Positions 24,495-26,612 of a stretch of DNA of 26,612 bases are shown here, one piece after another. The position numbers were made by a program, and so were the translations under genes. The notes beneath the pieces are model-generated. The model saw only the letters and a list, made by a program, of their open reading frames with translations, ran no database searches and was not told the origin of the DNA. Each line of letters starts with the position of its first letter. The first letter of the stretch is position 1. This DNA is from a virus (lineage: Duplodnaviria > Caudoviricetes): IMG/VR virus record IMGVR_UViG_3300007987_000072, positions 1 to 26,612 of that record; one strand, 5' to 3'.

Positions 24495-24718
24495 TAGTCT
24501 TTCCTCATTATTAAAACACTGTCTTTTCCTAAATCATCGGTGAATCCTATAACAGCTAATCCGCCGATGTAAGCAAGTAAACTACAGTCATTGTTATCTC
24601 TCATAAACTCATTTGCACAATCAATACTGACCAATTTACATACTAAACACCATTTCCCATTCAATTGATTAGCATAGTATTGATTACTATACATATCCCA
24701 TGTCCAGGAATGTTTCAT
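24494..24718 (-). CDS. Hypothetical protein
   Basis: ATGA-coupled; RBS GGAGGT. Confidence 0.65.
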   Translation of the reverse strand: MKHSWTWDMYSNQYYANQLNGKWCLVCKLVSIDCANEFMRDNNDCSLLAYIGGLAVIGFTDDLGKDSVLIMRKD

Positions 24719-25200
24719 ATGTATTCACCTCCAGTCTCATCAAGAACTGAATCAATCAAATCAACAGGATTCAATCCATTGCCATTTTGAATAATAGATA
24801 CTACTCCTTTTTTAGATAATGCTTTTACTTCCATATCTCCATAATCATTAGGATTATCAAGATATTTTACTCGCATCATCCTAACGAATTCGTGTTGATC
24901 AGGAACCTTTACCTTATATTTCATTTTAGTTTTCTCCTTTTCAAAAACCTCTTGAAGGACTTCTTTAACTATTTTTTTCAAGGCTGTTTCAATATGGGTA
25001 TCATTGCAGTCCTTTTTGTACAACACAGTCACAGCAAAATTAGATAAATTAGCAAGATGAAACAGATCCCAAGCAAATCTAGTTTCTGGGTCTTTACATA
25101 CTATATCGTACATATTCTTTCTTAGTGAATGCACAACAGGCATAGGAATACCTTTAATCTTGTTCAACATGTGGTCATAATCAGCTCTTTGAATTTTCAT
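24715..25200 (-). CDS. Hypothetical protein, apparent fusion of two small genes
   Basis: In-frame internal RBS AAGGAG and ATG at 24924. The C-terminal 69 aa are paralogous to 25865-26041. Confidence 0.7.
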   Translation of the reverse strand: MKIQRADYDHMLNKIKGIPMPVVHSLRKNMYDIVCKDPETRFAWDLFHLANLSNFAVTVLYKKDCNDTHIETALKKIVKEVLQEVFEKEKTKMKYKVKVPDQHEFVRMMRVKYLDNPNDYGDMEVKALSKKGVVSIIQNGNGLNPVDLIDSVLDETGGEYI

Positions 25201-25397
25201 AATTTCACCTTTTTATTAGCTTTCAATTTTATAATCTGCTCCTTATTGCAAATCTCATAGATTTTATCATCCGATATCTCAAGTCGAATCAGATAGGCAA
25301 GTTCCGTAGTAGTACATCCAGGAGGTTTGCTATCTACTAATAAATCATCAGAACTTATAATAACTCCGAATGATAACAATATGGCAAGTATTTCCAT
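25197..25397 (-). CDS. Small hypothetical protein with hydrophobic N-terminus
   Basis: MEILAILLSFGVII; overlap-coupled; RBS AGGAG. Confidence 0.6.
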   Translation of the reverse strand: MEILAILLSFGVIISSDDLLVDSKPPGCTTTELAYLIRLEISDDKIYEICNKEQIIKLKANKKVKL

Positions 25398-25642
25398 TAT
25401 TCTTCTCTCCTTTTAATCATTATTTTACCTGAATCAGACCCCATAGGTTCACAGTCAAAATAATTACCAAACCATGTGAGATCTTTTTCAGATACTTTTT
25501 TCAGTACCTCCCATTCATCTACAAAATGATCAAAGAGAATTTCTGTAGATCCGTAAAAGGATTTATAACCGTCACATTTGAACACAGGTCTGTTCCAACT
25601 GTCTATCCCATAAAACCGGACTATTTTAATATTATCCCTCAT
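25397..25642 (-). CDS. Hypothetical phage protein
   Basis: FYGIDSWNRPVFK...CEPMG; RBS GGAGG. Confidence 0.72.
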   Translation of the reverse strand: MRDNIKIVRFYGIDSWNRPVFKCDGYKSFYGSTEILFDHFVDEWEVLKKVSEKDLTWFGNYFDCEPMGSDSGKIMIKRREE

Positions 25643-25667
25643 ACTATTCCTCCCTGAGAATTAGCAT

Positions 25668-25847
25668 TCACACCTTCTCCCGTTCCACTCTGGTGTTTGG
25701 CATCGGTACTTTTCTAATCCCGATAACCTTTGCACCGTATGCCTTTGCTTCTTTTTCAGCCCACTCTTCCACCTTTGATAATTCTCCCTGAACTATCTCA
25801 GTATGCAGAGTAGTTCCCAGAAGTTCCACTTCATATAGATCTTTCAT
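25668..25847 (-). CDS. Hypothetical protein (59 aa, not in the ORF track)
   Basis: RBS GGAGGGG then MKDLYEVELLGTTLHTEIVQGELSKVEEWAEKEAKAYGAKVIGIRKVPMPNTRVEREKV; fills the gap. Confidence 0.7.
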   Translation of the reverse strand: MKDLYEVELLGTTLHTEIVQGELSKVEEWAEKEAKAYGAKVIGIRKVPMPNTRVEREKV

Positions 25848-25864
25848 ACGTATTCCCCTCCGAT

Positions 25865-26041
25865 CTAATCAAGAAGATTATCAATAACGTCCACAAGGTT
25901 TAAGCCATTACCACTTTGTTTCACAGCAACAACATTTCCTTTATACACTTTAACCGAAACTTCTCCCCAATAACCCTGATACATTTCCTGCATCCGTTTA
26001 CAGAAAATGCGTGTATCCTTTACTTTTACTTTATATTCCAT
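25865..26041 (-). CDS. Hypothetical protein, paralog of the C-terminal part of 24715-25200
   Basis: RBS GGAGG, start MEYKVKV; shares GNGLNxVDxIDxxLD with the paralog. Confidence 0.7.
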   Translation of the reverse strand: MEYKVKVKDTRIFCKRMQEMYQGYWGEVSVKVYKGNVVAVKQSGNGLNLVDVIDNLLD

Positions 26042-26060
26042 CTTATTCCTCCACCAGTAC

Positions 26061-26401
26061 AAAAGGTTCATCTACATAATTAGGGAATCTCTCCCAATCT
26101 CATATGGTATATTCATTTCGCAGTAACAGAACATCACTAAGAGTGTTTTGTGCTTCCACAAGCCTTTTCTCAAGGAATTTAATCTTGTTCGTTGTCTCAT
26201 TAAACGCTTCAAGAATTGCTTCTTCAGGTGTAACACAAGCATACTCCTTAGTAACAGTTTTGCTATATCCAAAAGCAGGAGAACTATTTATCCAGTAAAG
26301 TTTTACGGTCTCTTTTTCCACTTCAACCGATACTACTTTGCCTTTATATACTTTGAAGATTTTCATTTTCACTATTCCTTTAATATAAAAGGTTCATCTA
26401 C
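26061..26401. repeat. 15-bp exact direct repeat flanking the 26100-26372 gene
   Basis: AAAAGGTTCATCTAC at 26061-26075 and 26387-26401, within a longer degenerate similarity. Confidence 0.75.
26100..26372 (-). CDS. Hypothetical protein
   Basis: VEVEKETVKLYWI followed by a C-terminal coiled coil; coupled to the upstream stop. Confidence 0.68.
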   Translation of the reverse strand: MKMKIFKVYKGKVVSVEVEKETVKLYWINSSPAFGYSKTVTKEYACVTPEEAILEAFNETTNKIKFLEKRLVEAQNTLSDVLLLRNEYTI

Positions 26402-26569
26402 GAATCGAGGAAACCGATTAGAATCCCTACCAATACGAAACGTCTTATTGTTAACCAACAACATCAAGTTGTCTCCGTCGATAGTGATACCATACTTATC
26501 CATCAACTCTTCAATCTCCTGAATCTGTTTCCCAAGAGGGGAATCTTCTTTCAGAATTTTTCTACTCAT
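26372..26569 (-). CDS. Hypothetical protein
   Basis: 65 aa ORF on the coding strand. Confidence 0.62.
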   Translation of the reverse strand: MSRKILKEDSPLGKQIQEIEELMDKYGITIDGDNLMLLVNNKTFRIGRDSNRFPRFVDEPFILKE

Positions 26570-26612
26570 GATTTCAACACTGCACGATAGGTTATGACCT
26601 TACCATTCAAAT

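Noticed and set aside
26072-26272. Minus-strand 66-aa ORF
   Set aside because: Almost entirely overlaps the better-supported 26100-26372 gene in another frame; only its last codons reflect the duplicated remnant.
1-26612. Genome-wide TAG recoding, suggested by the amber codon at 25865
   Set aside because: Long conserved genes are intact under the standard code with no internal TAG breaks and coding density is already high.

Overview
AT-rich segment of a large dsDNA bacteriophage. All credible genes lie on the minus strand; the plus-strand ORFs are shadows. Reading in transcription order (right to left): a cluster of small mosaic, partly duplicated early-type ORFs (about 23.5-26.6 kb); HTH and RHH regulators; an SF2 helicase; small Cys-rich ORFs, one of them frameshifted; a DnaG-type primase; a promoter plus a long structured 5' leader ahead of an HTH replication initiator with internal 15-bp repeats, coupled to a DnaB-like helicase; a histone H1-like protein; an amino-DNA methyltransferase; a beta-type sliding clamp; a family A DNA polymerase with an N-terminal UDG-like domain and an HNH/NUMOD3 intein; a MazG-like NTP pyrophosphatase; a DnaX-like clamp loader; a UvsY-like mediator; a gp32-like SSB; a RecA/UvsX with a LAGLIDADG intein in its P-loop; a very acidic protein; and the start of a 5'-3' exonuclease. 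The most notable observations are the hybrid PolA/clamp/loader replisome, the K/R-rich terminal tails shared by many replication proteins, the branched leader RNA with candidate iterons, and duplication scars in the small-gene region. All calls come from motif recognition by eye; no database searches were run.
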